DNA from: an uncultured Vicinamibacteraceae bacterium
GTDB taxonomy: Bacteria > Acidobacteriota > Vicinamibacteria > Vicinamibacterales > UBA8438
Length of the DNA stretch: 64,000 nt
NCBI GenBank assembly: GCA_964550305.1
Contig: CAZJYU010000003.1
Location: forward strand, 20,220-84,219
Direction of reading: 5' to 3'
In this document: positions 1 through 8,254 of the stretch, in pieces
How positions within the stretch are numbered: the first letter of the stretch is position 1
Layout: each line of letters begins with the position of its first letter
Program-made: the position numbers and the translations under genes
The notes under the pieces: model-generated
Seen by the model: only the letters and a program-made list of their open reading frames with translations
Databases searched by the model: none
What the model was told of the DNA's origin: nothing

Positions 1-149
1 ACGGACGCGACCCGGATGACACGAACATCCGGATCGCGCCCACCTACCCGTCGCTGGATCAACTCGATCGCGCGATGCCGGTCTTCGTCACCGCGGTCGC
101 GCTCGCCGCCGCCCGCCAGCAGCTTCGGTCGGGCGTGGCCCGTACCTGA
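1..149 (+). CDS. PLP-dependent aminotransferase, C-terminal fragment (5' end outside window)
   Basis: Frame 3 reads [48 protein letters not shown] with TGA at 147-149. The NIRIAPT.P.L..L..AM pattern matches the C-terminus I remember for AspT-type class I/II aminotransferases. It is absent from the ORF track because there is no start codon in the window. Confidence 0.5.
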   Translation, partial: GRDPDDTNIRIAPTYPSLDQLDRAMPVFVTAVALAAARQQLRSGVART

Positions 150-195
150 CCCGCCGGCGGCCGCGTCGTCGCTACGCGCATGGGCGCCACGCGCG

Positions 196-939
196 TCAGC
201 GGTAGAGCGGATTCGGGTGGTCGAAACGGCAGCCGGCGTCCCAGGCCGAGCGCTGATTGCCGTGCGCCGGAATCCCTCCCGCGTCCTTGATCATTCGCGC
301 CATGTGCAGCAGGTTCCAGGTCATGAACGTCGTGTTGCGGTTCGTGAAGTCGTTCTCCGGGCCGCCCGAGCCCTCGTCGAGGTAGGACGGACCGGGGCCC
401 GCCTCGCCCAGCCATCCGGCGTCCGCCTGCGGCGGGATGACGTAGCCCAGGTGCTGTAACGAATAGAGCAGGTTCATCGCACAGTGCTTGGCGCCATCCT
501 CGTTGCCCGTAATGAGGCAGCCGCCGACACGGCCATAGTAGGCGTACTGCCCCTGATCGTTCAGATTCCCTGACGCCGCATACAGCCGCTCCACCACCCG
601 CGTGGCGACCGAGGTCTTCTCGCCGAGCCAGATGCTCGTGCCAATCACCAGGATGTCGGCGGCCATGACCTTCTCGAGCAGCATGGGCCAGTCGTCCTGT
701 GACGCGCCGTGCTCGCGCATGTCGGGATACACGCCGGGCGCCATGCTGTAGTCGACCGGCCGGATCAGCTCGGTCGCCACCCCGTTCTTCTCCATGACGG
801 CGCGCGACATGCGAATCAGCCCTTCCGTGTGCGAGAGTTCCGGGCTTGGCTTCAGCGTGCAGTTGAGAAAGATGGCTTGCAGGTCCGAGAAATCCCACCG
901 GCTCTCGGAGCACAGTTGTTCCTGACGCGCATCCAGCAT
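196..939 (-). CDS. NAD(P)H-dependent FMN reductase / flavodoxin-like fold protein
   Basis: Translation MLDARQEQLCSESRWDFSDLQAIFLNCTLKPSP...ADILVIGTSIWLGEKTSV...GNEDGAKH has the layout of the flavodoxin-like FMN reductase family. Start moved to ATG 937-939 (AAGGA shortly upstream) because the 37-aa track extension is Ser/Thr/Pro low complexity. Confidence 0.7.
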   Translation of the reverse strand: MLDARQEQLCSESRWDFSDLQAIFLNCTLKPSPELSHTEGLIRMSRAVMEKNGVATELIRPVDYSMAPGVYPDMREHGASQDDWPMLLEKVMAADILVIGTSIWLGEKTSVATRVVERLYAASGNLNDQGQYAYYGRVGGCLITGNEDGAKHCAMNLLYSLQHLGYVIPPQADAGWLGEAGPGPSYLDEGSGGPENDFTNRNTTFMTWNLLHMARMIKDAGGIPAHGNQRSAWDAGCRFDHPNPLYR

Positions 940-961
940 CGACGTTCCTTTCGGCGGGCTG

Positions 962-1450
962 CTAGGGGCGGTGCTCGAACACGTGCTCGACTTCCACGGC
1001 CCGAATGCCCGCCCGCTCCGTGACGTTGTCGCCCGCAAGCCGCTCGCCAAACTCGCCGTACCGCGCCACCACTTCCTGTGACTGCGGCGGCAGCGGAAAC
1101 TGCACGACGACCTGCACCTCGCCGCGCGGCCAGCGGAACGTGTTGATCCGGGTCCAGAACGTACTGTCCTGCACCGCAGCGCGGCCGGATTCCATCAGAT
1201 TGTCCGCCGGCCACTCTTCCATCGGCAACGTCCGGCTCGCCTCGTGCGTCACGCGATAGTTCACGTACGCGCCGTCCGGAAGGTCGGTTGCCCCCTCGAT
1301 CCAGAGCTGCCGCCATTCCGAGCGGTGAGTTACGTCGAGCTGCACCGTTCCCGCACCGACCCCGTCGCCACCGTTCCCACCCGCCGGACCGCACCCAGCG
1401 GCCATCAGCAACAGAAATGCCGGCGCGAGACGCCAGATTCTTGTCAACAT
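962..1450 (-). CDS. hypothetical lipoprotein
   Basis: Internal start gives MLTRIWRLAPAFLLLMAAG-C, a signal peptide plus lipobox. High GC3 coding signal. No family recognised. Confidence 0.6.
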   Translation of the reverse strand: MLTRIWRLAPAFLLLMAAGCGPAGGNGGDGVGAGTVQLDVTHRSEWRQLWIEGATDLPDGAYVNYRVTHEASRTLPMEEWPADNLMESGRAAVQDSTFWTRINTFRWPRGEVQVVVQFPLPPQSQEVVARYGEFGERLAGDNVTERAGIRAVEVEHVFEHRP

Positions 1451-1515
1451 CCTCCGGATTATAGGGAGCAGTGAGTAGAATGCGGCGAAGTGACCAACAG
1501 CGAGGTGCTTGTTCC

Positions 1516-2283
1516 ATGAACGACACAACAACCGGCCAGACAACGGATACGGCGCGCGCCTGGTTTCCCGTCGTCACCTGGAGCGCGATCGCAGTGCTCG
1601 TCGGCGCCGCCCTCGGCGTAATTGCCGCCCTGGGCTATCGCACCGGCGCCCTGCAACTGCTCGACTCCTTCGCAGTGCTGCGCTGGAGCGCCCGGATCTC
1701 CGCCGCCGCGGCGGCTCTTGCCCTGATCGGCGCCCTCTGGGCGGCGTACCGGCGCCTCCATTGGCGTAACGTCCTGGCCGGCGTGCTCGCGGCCGCGCTC
1801 GGCTTTGTCTGCTACAACATCCCGGCGCAGCAGCAGGCGATCGCCCGATCCGTGCCGCCGATCCACGACATCACCACCGACACCGACGACCCACCCCAGT
1901 TCGTCGCCATCCTTCCGCTTCGGGCCGACGCGCCGAATCCGCCCGAGTACAACCCGGAGGTGGCCGCGCAGCAGCTTGAGGGGTATCCCGATCTCGGAAG
2001 CATCACACTCGACGCGCCACCCTACGCGGCGTTCGAGCACGCGCTTGCCGCGGCCGAGAACATGGGCTGGGAAATGGTCGCCGACGACGCCATCAACGGC
2101 CGCATCGAAGCCACCGACACCACGTTCTGGTACGGCTTCAAGGATGACGTGGTAATCCGGATCCGTCCCGACGGCGCCGGCAGCCGCATCGATGTTCGGT
2201 CAAAGTCGCGCGTCGGGGGGAGCGACGTGGGAGCCAACGCCCGCCGTATCCGCGAGTACACCGCGCGCCTCCTGGGCAACTGA
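1516..2283 (+). CDS. DUF1499-like membrane-anchored protein (paralogue A)
   Basis: Two N-terminal hydrophobic helices, then a soluble domain ending ...FWYGFKDDVVIRIRPDGAGSRIDVRSKSRVGGSDVGANARRIREY, which I recognise as DUF1499-like. About 83% identical to the 5744-6499 product over the C-terminal ~150 aa. Start at ATG 1516 is preferred over the track start at 1471. Confidence 0.7.
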   Translation: MNDTTTGQTTDTARAWFPVVTWSAIAVLVGAALGVIAALGYRTGALQLLDSFAVLRWSARISAAAAALALIGALWAAYRRLHWRNVLAGVLAAALGFVCYNIPAQQQAIARSVPPIHDITTDTDDPPQFVAILPLRADAPNPPEYNPEVAAQQLEGYPDLGSITLDAPPYAAFEHALAAAENMGWEMVADDAINGRIEATDTTFWYGFKDDVVIRIRPDGAGSRIDVRSKSRVGGSDVGANARRIREYTARLLGN

Positions 2284-2309
2284 GGCGTGTGGTACGCTTG
2301 ATCGACTGA

Positions 2310-2386
2310 CGGGGCGTGGCGCAGCCTGGCAGCGCGCCTGCTTTGGGAGCAGGAGGTCCCGAGTTCGAACCTCGGCGCCCCGACCA
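2310..2386 (+). tRNA. tRNA-Pro (anticodon TGG)
   Basis: A 77-nt cloverleaf folded by hand: acceptor CGGGGCG/CGCCCCG, D stem GCGC/GCGC, anticodon stem CCTGC/GCAGG with loop TTTGGGA (anticodon TGG), T arm CCGAG-TTCGAAC-CTCGG, encoded 3' CCA. Confidence 0.95.
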
Positions 2387-2418
2387 GAATTCCCTCCAGC
2401 CCGGACGACGGCCGCCCT

Positions 2419-3735
2419 GTGTTGCCCGCGTTGACACCCCGGATCGCGCGCCGCGCGGCGGGGTGGTCGATCGCCGGCATGCTGGTGCTGACGATCGCCG
2501 GCGCCGCGTGGCCGGCGGTGCCGGGGCTGGCAGCGCCGGTACTCGCCTGGATCGCGCTGGCGCTGCTGTGGCCGGGGATCGACCGGCGGCAGCAACTGCA
2601 AGCGTTGTTGTTTGTCGCCGCGGGTGTCGCCGCTCTGGCCTGGGGCGTGAGTCGCGGAGCGCCACTCCGGCTCGACAGCCTTCTGGGCCAGAACCAGCCG
2701 ATCCTGTCGATGCTCGCCTCCGTCACCCTGCTGCGCCTCCTGAACCGTCCACCGCGAGAGGACGAACCGGAACTGCCACGTGGCCTGGGCGCCTACCTCC
2801 AAAGCGTGGCGGGGGTGCACGCAGTCGGCTCGATCATCAATATTTCCGCCGTCATCATCATGGCCGACCGGCTGGCGCGGGCGCAGCCGCTGGGCTACGG
2901 GCAGGCGCAGCTCCTCAGCCGGGCATTCAGCGCCGTCGCCTTCTACTCGCCGTTCATCGGCGGCGTTGCTCTGGCGCTCTCCTATACGCCCGGGTCAAGC
3001 CCCCTCGTGATGATGCTGTTCGGGATACCGCTCGCCGCCGCCGCTTTCCTGCTGCTGTACTGGTTCGCAGGCAGAGGCTGGGCCGGCAGAGTCGAGAGCT
3101 TCCGCGGGTACCCGCTGCATATGCGGGACCTTAAGGTGCCGCTGGCGCTGGCCGCCGCAGTGCTCCTGGCCGCCGTGGCAGCGCCCCGTCTGTCGGTGCT
3201 TGCCCTCATCACGATAGTCACGCCAGTGGTGGTCCTGCCTGTCCTGCTCCGGCGGAGCGGGGTACCGGGTCTCCGTCCCGCCCTGACGGAATACGTGCGG
3301 GAACGCGCCCCGCAGATGGGCGGTGAACTGGCGTTGTTCCTCGGCGCCGGGACGCTGGCGGCGGGCATGGTGGCGGCCACCGCGGGCTCCGGCGACTGGC
3401 TGTTGCTGCCGCGGCTGGATGCTCTCCACGCGAGCCTGCTCGTGCTGATCTTCATCGCGACGTCCCTGGTCTGCATCCACCCTGCGGTGCTGGTGGGCAT
3501 CACGGTGGCGCTGGCGGAAACGACGGTCGCCGACCCAACACTGCTCGCGACGACGTTCGCGATGGGGTGGGGCCTCGGCTGCGCGGTCAATCCGTTGTCC
3601 GGCGTGAACGTGGTGCTCGCCACCCGTTACGGCGCCGACAACTGGCGCATCGCGCGGAGCAATATCGGATTCAGCGCCGCGCTGTACCCGGTGGCGGCCG
3701 GACTGCTCTATCTGTACGAGTTCTTCCGCCTGTAG
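2419..3735 (+). CDS. polytopic integral membrane protein, possible ion-transporter-superfamily permease
   Basis: 438-aa ORF with 10 or more hydrophobic segments and Gly-rich re-entrant-like motifs (GAGTLAAG, NPLSGVN). GTG start 33 nt after tRNA-Pro. No specific family recognised. Confidence 0.65.
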   Translation: MLPALTPRIARRAAGWSIAGMLVLTIAGAAWPAVPGLAAPVLAWIALALLWPGIDRRQQLQALLFVAAGVAALAWGVSRGAPLRLDSLLGQNQPILSMLASVTLLRLLNRPPREDEPELPRGLGAYLQSVAGVHAVGSIINISAVIIMADRLARAQPLGYGQAQLLSRAFSAVAFYSPFIGGVALALSYTPGSSPLVMMLFGIPLAAAAFLLLYWFAGRGWAGRVESFRGYPLHMRDLKVPLALAAAVLLAAVAAPRLSVLALITIVTPVVVLPVLLRRSGVPGLRPALTEYVRERAPQMGGELALFLGAGTLAAGMVAATAGSGDWLLLPRLDALHASLLVLIFIATSLVCIHPAVLVGITVALAETTVADPTLLATTFAMGWGLGCAVNPLSGVNVVLATRYGADNWRIARSNIGFSAALYPVAAGLLYLYEFFRL

Positions 3736-3764
3736 CGCGCCTCGACGCGAAAGGAAGCGTGCGA

Positions 3765-4256
3765 CTAGAAGAAGGCCCGCGCGTGCCACGAGTCGGACGC
3801 CGGCACTTCCCAACGCCCAGCGCGGACCTCCCCGAGACTCGTCAGCGTGTTGTTGAAAACGGTCGTATCGGGGCCGACCGCGCCAGCCTCGGCAAGCCGC
3901 GCAAACGCATCGCGCGGCACCCGGGCAATGGCCTCGCCCTGCCGGAACAGCACCGGCGCGTGATTGACCAGCTCCACGCCGAGTTCCCGCTGGAGTTCCT
4001 GCATCCGCCGCACGAGTGCGTCAATGGAACAACCGGACGGACCCGCGGCCCGCTGATCCACCGCGATGAAGAGGAACTGGTCGTAAACGAGATTGCGACC
4101 GGCGACCAGGGGCACCGCGTGGGCTCCCCATTGGTCGATGAAGGCATCGACCTCGGCCAGCAGGCGTGTCTGTTCCGGCTCGGTCAGCTTCCGCGCGGCC
4201 GAGAAAATCCAGACACGGGCATCACCAGGCAGTTCAGCAAACGCGACGCGCGGCAT
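3765..4256 (-). CDS. conserved hypothetical protein
   Basis: 163-aa ORF (MPRVAFAELPGDARVWIFSAARKL...AGPSGCSIDALV...) with good GC3 bias. It resembles a small conserved family I have seen with the VWI...W..H...SGCSID pattern. Function unknown. Confidence 0.6.
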   Translation of the reverse strand: MPRVAFAELPGDARVWIFSAARKLTEPEQTRLLAEVDAFIDQWGAHAVPLVAGRNLVYDQFLFIAVDQRAAGPSGCSIDALVRRMQELQRELGVELVNHAPVLFRQGEAIARVPRDAFARLAEAGAVGPDTTVFNNTLTSLGEVRAGRWEVPASDSWHARAFF

Positions 4257-4299
4257 CCACTCCTCCTCTACTGATCACTCGTCAATAGAATACAGCCCC

Positions 4300-4989
4300 G
4301 TGGATACGCGCTTGCCTGACGGTGCGTCGCCGGTCGCCGCCACCCTCCACACGATTGCCGCGGAGACGCATGGCCGGTACCTGGTGGCGCCCGCCAACCG
4401 TCCGGGTCCGGCCCCGATGCTCATCGGATTCCACGGGTACGGCGAGCACGCCGAACGCCATCTCGCGGAACTCGACCGCATCCCGGGCAGCGAGGGGTGG
4501 ATCCGGGTTGCCGTACAGGCTCTCCACCGGTACTACAGCGAGAGCCGCCGGCACGTCGTGGGAAGCTGGATGACTCGCCAGGACCGGGCACTCGCCATCG
4601 CCGACAACATTGGCTACGTCCGCGACGTCGCGCACGCCGTCCACGGCGAATACGAGACGACCGGCACGCTGGTCTGCTGCGGCTTCTCGCAGGGAGTCGC
4701 CATGGCCTTCCGCGCGGCGCTACGGGCCGGGCAGCCGTGCCGCGGCGTAATTGCCCTGGCCGGGGACGTGCCGCCTGAACTGCAGACCCAGCCGGGCCTG
4801 GATTGGCCGCCCGTCCTGATCGGCCGCGGGCGGGAAGACACGTGGTACACGCGGGACAGGATGGACGCCGACATCGCGTTCCTGCAGCGCATCCGCGTTC
4901 CCGTCACTTCCGTCGTCTTCGAAGGCGGGCACGAATGGACCGACGACTTTCGCGCAGCGGCCGGACGCTTTCTGACGGAGCTCCTGTGA
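4300..4989 (+). CDS. phospholipase/carboxylesterase-type alpha/beta hydrolase
   Basis: LIGFHGYGE oxyanion region, GFSQG nucleophile elbow, and a C-terminal His region (GGHEW). The track ORF (from 4093) overlaps the divergent gene, so I place the start at in-frame GTG 4300. The start is uncertain. Confidence 0.65.
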   Translation: MDTRLPDGASPVAATLHTIAAETHGRYLVAPANRPGPAPMLIGFHGYGEHAERHLAELDRIPGSEGWIRVAVQALHRYYSESRRHVVGSWMTRQDRALAIADNIGYVRDVAHAVHGEYETTGTLVCCGFSQGVAMAFRAALRAGQPCRGVIALAGDVPPELQTQPGLDWPPVLIGRGREDTWYTRDRMDADIAFLQRIRVPVTSVVFEGGHEWTDDFRAAAGRFLTELL

Positions 4990-5684
4990 TGACAACATCC
5001 TTCAGTGTTCCCCTCGACGGGCCCGACCCTGTCAGCGCGCTCGACTATCCCGCCGCGACCGCGGCTTCCGCTACTCTGAGCATCACACTCATTCTCGCGC
5101 ACGGGGCCGGCGCACCTCAGACGCACCCGTTCATGACCGCGTTCGCTCGGGGTTTGTCGAACCGCGGGCTTCACGTCGTGACCTTCAACTTCCCCTACAT
5201 GGAACGAGGGCGCCGCGTTCCGGATCCCGGCGCCCGCCTTGAAGCGTGCTACCGCGACGTGATCGCGGCGGTCCGGGCACGGCGGCCGGACACGGGCCAC
5301 CGCCTCTTCGTCGGTGGCAAGTCGATGGGCGGGCGCATCGCGTCGCAGGTCGTCGCCCGCGACACCGCGGGCGGAGCATCCCTCGGCGTCGACGGCCTGA
5401 TCCTGCTGGGCTATCCCTTGCATCCTCCTGGCCGCCCGGACAAGCTCCGCGACGCGCACCTGCCGTCGATTGCCGTGCCGATGCTGTTCGTGCAGGGCAG
5501 CCGCGACGCGTTCGGCACACCGGACGAGCTCCGCCCCGTGCTCGCCGAATGCGCCGCAGCCGAGCTGGTTGTCGTCGACGGCGGGGATCACTCCTTCAGG
5601 GTGCGCAGGAAGCACGTCCCGGCCGAGGCCGAGATCCATGCGACGGTTCAGGACACGATCGTTGCGTGGTGCGGGCGGCGCTAA
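4989..5684 (+). CDS. alpha/beta hydrolase (KANL3/Tex30-like, dienelactone-hydrolase-like)
   Basis: [11 protein letters not shown]...[16 protein letters not shown]...[11 protein letters not shown] (G-x-S-x-G)...[10 protein letters not shown]...GGDHSF. The ATG overlaps the upstream stop (TGATG at 4987-4991). The track ORF begins much earlier, in Arg-rich junk. Confidence 0.7.
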   Translation: MTTSFSVPLDGPDPVSALDYPAATAASATLSITLILAHGAGAPQTHPFMTAFARGLSNRGLHVVTFNFPYMERGRRVPDPGARLEACYRDVIAAVRARRPDTGHRLFVGGKSMGGRIASQVVARDTAGGASLGVDGLILLGYPLHPPGRPDKLRDAHLPSIAVPMLFVQGSRDAFGTPDELRPVLAECAAAELVVVDGGDHSFRVRRKHVPAEAEIHATVQDTIVAWCGRR

Positions 5685-5743
5685 CGCCGGTCAGGCCAGG
5701 CGCTGGCCCAGCCGTCCGATGGCCTCACCCTTCACCGGCGAGA

Positions 5744-6499
5744 TCAGTCGCCCGCGAGACGGGCACTGTACTCGCGGATGCGCTCCGCATTGGCGCCGAC
5801 ATCGCTCCGGCCCACTCTCGACTTGGAGCGGACATCAATGCGGCTGCCGGGGCCATCCGGGCGGACGCGGATGACGACGTCGTCCTTGAAGCCGTACCAG
5901 AAGGTCGTGTCGGTCGCTTCTATCCGCCCCGCCGCGGCATCGTCCGCCACCAGCTCCCACCCCATTGCCTCGGCTGCGGCCAGCGCCTGCGAGAACGCTT
6001 CGGCGGGCGGTGCGTCCAGCATCACCGAACGGAGATCCGGATATCCCTCGCGCTGCTGTTCGGCAACTGCGGGGTCGTACTCCGGAGGGTTCGGGGCGTC
6101 GGCCCGGAGGGGAAGAATGGCGACGAAGGACGGCGGATCGTCGGTGTCGGTCGTGATGTCATGGATCGGCGGGACCGATTGGGCAATCGCCTGCTGCTCT
6201 GCCGGGACCATGTAGCAAACCGCTCCCAACGCGGCGGCGACCAGGCCGGCCACGACGTTCTGCCAGTGCAGCCGCCGGAACGCGACCCAGATCGCCGCGA
6301 TCAACGCGATGCCCGCCGCGCCCGCCGAGATGAGAGCGCCCCAGCGGAGAAGGGTGAAGGACATCCCGAGTCCGAGCAGGCCCGTGCGGTAGCCCAGGGC
6401 GGCGGCGAGCACGAGCAGAGCGCCGACGGCGACGGCGCCGGTGCCGGCGCAGACAACGGGCGACCAGGTGCGGGGCGTGGTTCCGGGCGTGCTGGCCAT
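5744..6499 (-). CDS. DUF1499-like membrane-anchored protein (paralogue B)
   Basis: Same architecture and near-identical C-terminal domain as 1516-2283 (...FWYGFKDDVVIRVRPDGPGSRIDVRSKSRVGRSDVGANAERIREY). GGAGCC lies upstream of the ATG. The gene starts 40 nt downstream of the ilvC stop on the same strand. Confidence 0.7.
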   Translation of the reverse strand: MASTPGTTPRTWSPVVCAGTGAVAVGALLVLAAALGYRTGLLGLGMSFTLLRWGALISAGAAGIALIAAIWVAFRRLHWQNVVAGLVAAALGAVCYMVPAEQQAIAQSVPPIHDITTDTDDPPSFVAILPLRADAPNPPEYDPAVAEQQREGYPDLRSVMLDAPPAEAFSQALAAAEAMGWELVADDAAAGRIEATDTTFWYGFKDDVVIRVRPDGPGSRIDVRSKSRVGRSDVGANAERIREYSARLAGD

Positions 6500-6539
6500 T
6501 CTGGCTCCTTCCCCAGAGATCGTGATGAACCTGGCGATT

Positions 6540-7553
6540 CTATACGTCTTCCTTGAGCGTCACCGCGTCCAGGAACGGCATCATCGCGCGGAGCTCGGCG
6601 CCCACCTCTTCGATCTGGTGCGCCTGCTCCTGCCTGCGCTGCGCCATGAACCAGGGGCGGCCCGCCTTGTCCTCGGCGATCCACTTGCTGGCGTACGTGC
6701 CCTCCTGAATGTCCTTCAGGATCTGCTGCATCGCCTGTCGGGTCTCGTCCGTCACGACGCGCGGGCCACCGGTGTAGTCGCCGTGCTCGGCCGTGTCGCT
6801 CACCGAGTAGCGCATGTAGTTGAGGCCGCCCCGGTAGAAGAGGTCCACGATCAACTTCAGCTCGTGCATGCACTCGAAGTACGCCACTTCGGGCTGGTAA
6901 CCGGCTTTGACCAGAGTCTCGAAACCCGCCTTCACGAGCGCGCTGACGCCACCGCACAGCACCGCCTGCTCACCGAACAGATCCGTCTCGGTTTCCTCCG
7001 CGAACGTGGTCTCGATAACGCCCGCGCGCGTCAGGCCGAGCGCCTTGGCGTACGACAGCGCAAGCGCCTTGGCGCTGCCGGTCGCGTCCTGCTCCACCGC
7101 GATCAGGGCCGGCGTGCCGCCCCCCTCGAGAAATACCTCGCGCACCCGGTGACCGGGCGCCTTGGGGGCGATCAGGGTGACGTCCACGTCGGGGGGTGGC
7201 TGAATCGTCTTGAAGCGGATGTTGAAACCGTGCGCGAACATCAGCATCTTGCCCGCGTCGAGATGCGGCGCCACCTGCTCCGCGTAGATGCCCGCCTGCG
7301 TCGTGTCCGGCGTCAGCAGCATGATGACGTCGGCCCATGCCGCCGCCTCGGCGCCTGACACGACCGTCAAGCCTTCTGCCTCCGCCCTGGCCGTCGACCG
7401 GCTCCCCTCGTGCAGCGCCACGCGCACCGCGACGCCACTCTCCCTGAGATTCAACGCATGCGCGTGTCCCTGCGAGCCGTAGCCGAAAACCGCCACCCTC
7501 CGCCCCTGGATCAGCCCGAGGTCGGCGGAGTCGTCGTAGTAGATCGTCGCCAT
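6540..7553 (-). CDS. ilvC: ketol-acid reductoisomerase
   Basis: [40 protein letters not shown]...[10 protein letters not shown]... is unmistakably class I KARI. It is the last gene of the ilv cluster. Confidence 0.95.
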   Translation of the reverse strand: MATIYYDDSADLGLIQGRRVAVFGYGSQGHAHALNLRESGVAVRVALHEGSRSTARAEAEGLTVVSGAEAAAWADVIMLLTPDTTQAGIYAEQVAPHLDAGKMLMFAHGFNIRFKTIQPPPDVDVTLIAPKAPGHRVREVFLEGGGTPALIAVEQDATGSAKALALSYAKALGLTRAGVIETTFAEETETDLFGEQAVLCGGVSALVKAGFETLVKAGYQPEVAYFECMHELKLIVDLFYRGGLNYMRYSVSDTAEHGDYTGGPRVVTDETRQAMQQILKDIQEGTYASKWIAEDKAGRPWFMAQRRQEQAHQIEEVGAELRAMMPFLDAVTLKEDV

Positions 7554-7622
7554 CGTGTCGCTGCCCTCTCGCTGTCGATGTGATGGTTACAGGGCCAGGA
7601 ACGGGCCCGCGAAACGGACAGT

Positions 7623-8219
7623 TTACACCGAGTACGAAACGTCGGGGTCGTCGTCGGTTCCGCCCGACGCCGCCCCGGACGGGCGGTTCGCCGGCCGGAC
7701 CGGGAGGTCGGCCGGATCGATCATCACGCTGTGCGCGCCCCGCACCATGGCTACCCGGCCGGTCCGCACGATCTCGAGGATGCCGTAGGGCCGGAGCACC
7801 TCCAGCAGACCGTCAATCTTCTCCTCCGTGCCGATGGTCTCGATCACCATCGCGTCGGGCCCGACATCCACCACACGCGCCCGGAACGCGTCGGCAAGCT
7901 GCATGACGTGGGTCCGCGTCTCCGCCGTCGCCCCCACCTTGACCATCGCCAGCTCCCGGAACATCACGGCGGCGTCGGTTACATCATGCACGCGCAGGAC
8001 GTTCACCAGCTTGTAGAGATTCGCCTCGAGACGACGTCCGCCGATCGGGTCCGTGCGCACGACGATCGTCATCCGTGACACGCCGGGCGCTTCGGCATGG
8101 CCGACCGTAAGCGACTCGATGTTGAACGCGCGCCGCCGGAAGAGCGAGGCGACCCGGTTCAGCACGCCCGGCTTGTCCTCGACCCAGACGACGAACGTGC
8201 GGCGTGGCTGTGCGGCCAT
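7623..8219 (-). CDS. ilvN: acetolactate synthase small (regulatory) subunit
   Basis: Track ORF 7623..9686 is a fusion artefact. The real gene starts at ATG 8217-8219: MAAQPRRTFVVWVEDKPGVLNRVASLFRRRAFNIESLTVG... (ACT domain). 198 aa. Confidence 0.9.
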   Translation of the reverse strand: MAAQPRRTFVVWVEDKPGVLNRVASLFRRRAFNIESLTVGHAEAPGVSRMTIVVRTDPIGGRRLEANLYKLVNVLRVHDVTDAAVMFRELAMVKVGATAETRTHVMQLADAFRARVVDVGPDAMVIETIGTEEKIDGLLEVLRPYGILEIVRTGRVAMVRGAHSVMIDPADLPVRPANRPSGAASGGTDDDPDVSYSV

Positions 8220-8254
8220 GGTGTGTCTCGCGCCTCCAGCTACTTCGTCTCTCG

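Noticed and set aside
4257-4302. TAGAAT at 4286-4291, 8 nt before GTG 4300, as evidence for a leaderless esterase mRNA
   Set aside because: There is no acceptable -35 or TGn element upstream, and the GTG start itself is only inferred. This is too weak to report as a feature.
2284-5743. Possibility that the segment after tRNA-Pro is an integrated genomic island
   Set aside because: There is no integrase, recombinase or other mobility gene, I found no direct repeat of the tRNA 3' end, and there is no visible compositional shift. The flanking similarity is an inverted gene duplication, not att sites.
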